DNA from: Pocillopora damicornis
Lineage: Eukaryota
DNA: 64,000 bases
Assembly: GCF_003704095.1 (NCBI RefSeq)
Contig: NW_020845865.1
Coordinates: forward strand, 124,001-188,000
Direction of reading: 5' to 3'
A program made the position numbers and the translations under genes. Below the pieces are notes generated by a model. It did no database searches. It was given only the letters and a program-made list of their open reading frames with translations, and was not told the origin of the DNA. Of this stretch, positions 62,095 through 64,000 are shown piece by piece (position 1 is the stretch's first letter; every line of letters starts with the position of its first letter).

Positions 62095-62103
62095 TTCCCG
62101 GAA
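62095..62103. promoter_or_regulatory. GAS (STAT) site TTCCCGGAA upstream of IRF
   Basis: Exact TTCC(C/G)GGAA consensus about 610 nt upstream of the ATG. Confidence 0.5.
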
Positions 62104-63252
62104 AGAAGCAGAATTTTCTTTAAACTCGGAATTAAGGGAGTATTAACCGACCAAAACGTACTAAATAAATGAAAGGAAGTGTTAAACTTGAACAAATATG
62201 CATTGCGGGCAGCAAATTATTATCGATATGGGTCAATGAGAAATGGCGAAATTGGAAGTGGAAACATCCAAAACTAGTCACACAGACCCTGTCAGGCGAG
62301 ACCGCCTAAAGAAAACTTAAAAATATAACTTCACTACATGCAGGTGTACTAGGATTACGTCTTCGCAACAAGATGAACAACAACTAAATTTCTGATGCGG
62401 AGCATTCAACGCAGGAGGAGTAATATCGTCACATCGACAGCGTTATTTTCCGAAATGTAGACCGGGCTCTTTGGGAGCCACGATGCCTCAAGTGTAATTT
62501 ATATATGGCCTTGGGCGGTTGATTAAGGATCATTATCTTAACAGGGGCCGACAAATATTATGTTTACTCTCTTTTCTAGATATAAAATGGTTTATTGGGG
62601 GAATTGAAAAGGAAACATGTGGAGTTGGTGAACCTCTACAGTTCACTGAGCCCTAATAAATAAACTGACAACGCGGAAGTTTTGTTCTCGTTGTTCGTCA
62701 GAAACATCTCTTTCAACAGTTTGGTTAAAGCAGTGTCGCGCCAAACATTTTGTACGCGTTTACGTAGCTATTCCAATATAGGGAATCTTCTAAGACCGTG
62801 CTGTAATTGGATTGGCCACCTCATAACAACTACTTACACTGGTATTGTACTATGAACGATGCTTTCTCCCAAGGTCAACATACTTTATTTGTTTCTCTGA
62901 TACTCGTAAACTCTTGGAAAATTACGTAAAATGAGTTATATCAAAGAGAGGTCTTATGATTGATAAGCGCAAACTTATTTCCAGAGGAAGTCGAAGCTTC
63001 CCGACACATGGACGGAAGAATAATTTCGGCAAAAAATCCGATACATCCTGGCATTGGCTGCGTGAAATCCTCACTATCTCCTGCTCTAATCTTCCGGGTC
63101 TTTCGAGGAAAAAAACAATTTATCGCTTAGGCGGGGTCGGAGAATTTTTTTAGGGGATGATTTAGATTTAAGGGGGAAAATAGGGGGATCAGCCGTCGCT
63201 AACAGAGAATAAAGGAGGGGCACTATAGAAAATAGTGGGGGGAGGGGGGGGA

Positions 63253-63300
63253 NNNNNNNNNNNNNNNNNNNNNNNNNNNNNNNNNNNNNNNNNNNNNNNN
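63253..63300. other. Assembly gap (48 N) between a G-run and a C-run inside a MITE-like repeat
   Basis: The N run is seen directly. Confidence 0.99.
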
Positions 63301-63744
63301 CCCCCCCCCCCCCCAACGAGGCAAAAAATAACGACCTCAAGAACTGAAGCACCTATTGATCGCTGAGAACGCACTATTTATACAACGTAACGAAATAAAA
63401 ATTTTATACGTCAAGAAAAATAAGTAAAAATCAGAGGAGAAGCGACTAAAATCGAATCGAATTAGAGCGCCTTACAAGCTGGGCTGACACAGACGTCTAG
63501 GAGGCGAACTATTGCTATAAAAACCACCACATTTGTTTTTCCTTGTTTTACAATCAGTTTAATAAGTAACTTATTTGTACATGCTTCTTTATAAAAATAT
63601 AATCTCAAATATTAAGCTAATATTACAACGGCGCATGATCGCCGCCCATATTAATCTGCTTTGAGTCCCGTGAGACAGAAATTCTTACGGTGTTTTAGGT
63701 GTACAAGACTGTCTTGGTTTCTAAAATCACTGAGATGCTACTAG

Positions 63745-63984
63745 GGCCATGATTGGTCAAACACCTATCGTTTATTGCTTGTAATCCAAAGAAAATTGAA
63801 ACTTGTCTCGTGTATTTCATAAAAGCAATAGACCGTACTTACTATTGTTTTATTGGCGTAATGTTAGGAGAACACTAAAAAAGTTTGTACACCACGTGCC
63901 CTTGGCGTGTACGAATTACAAACATTTCTCATGTTCTGTCAGCATCCCACGAGGGGATTGAAAGTGCGGTCTATTGCTTAAATA
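63745..63984. mobile_element. CCAAT-box plus inverted-repeat hairpin element, same architecture as 20325-20583
   Basis: atgattggtc; arms aagcaatagaccgtactt (63823) / aagtgcggtctattgctt (63962), 17/18; shares ctc.tgttct..ca.c.tccc.cg.g with the 20325 element. Confidence 0.65.
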
Positions 63985-64000
63985 GCAATAAAACGAACAT

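Noticed and set aside
63086-63374. Gly/Pro-rich ORFs spanning the N gap
   Set aside because: Artefacts of the G/C homopolymers and Ns.

Overview
AT-rich eukaryotic DNA with spliceosomal introns. Gene content and repeat families suggest a cnidarian, probably a stony coral (inference). Six protein-coding genes can be built from the sequence. Four are rhodopsin-class (class A) GPCRs: a paralogous intronless pair at 2685-3833 and 18780-19895 (-), a two-exon receptor at 34719-38105 (-) joined by a GC-AG intron, and an intronless receptor at 51348-52427 (+). The fifth is a three-exon secreted protein (signal peptide + PAN/Apple + EGF + unnamed ~140-aa domain) at 15234-16845 (-), only partly visible in the ORF track. 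The sixth is a nine-exon, ~594-aa interferon regulatory factor (five-Trp DNA-binding domain + C-terminal IAD/SMAD-like domain) at 54253-61488 (-). The most interesting signals are an ISRE/GAS/kappaB cluster around the IRF promoter and first intron, unusual GPCR pocket and disulfide substitutions, several long inverted repeats and perfect palindromes, and a minimal hammerhead-like motif whose second copy is split by a TTA-flanked MITE. Intergenic DNA is rich in MITEs, SINEs and hairpin elements. There is a 48-N gap at 63253-63300. All calls were made by eye, without searches.
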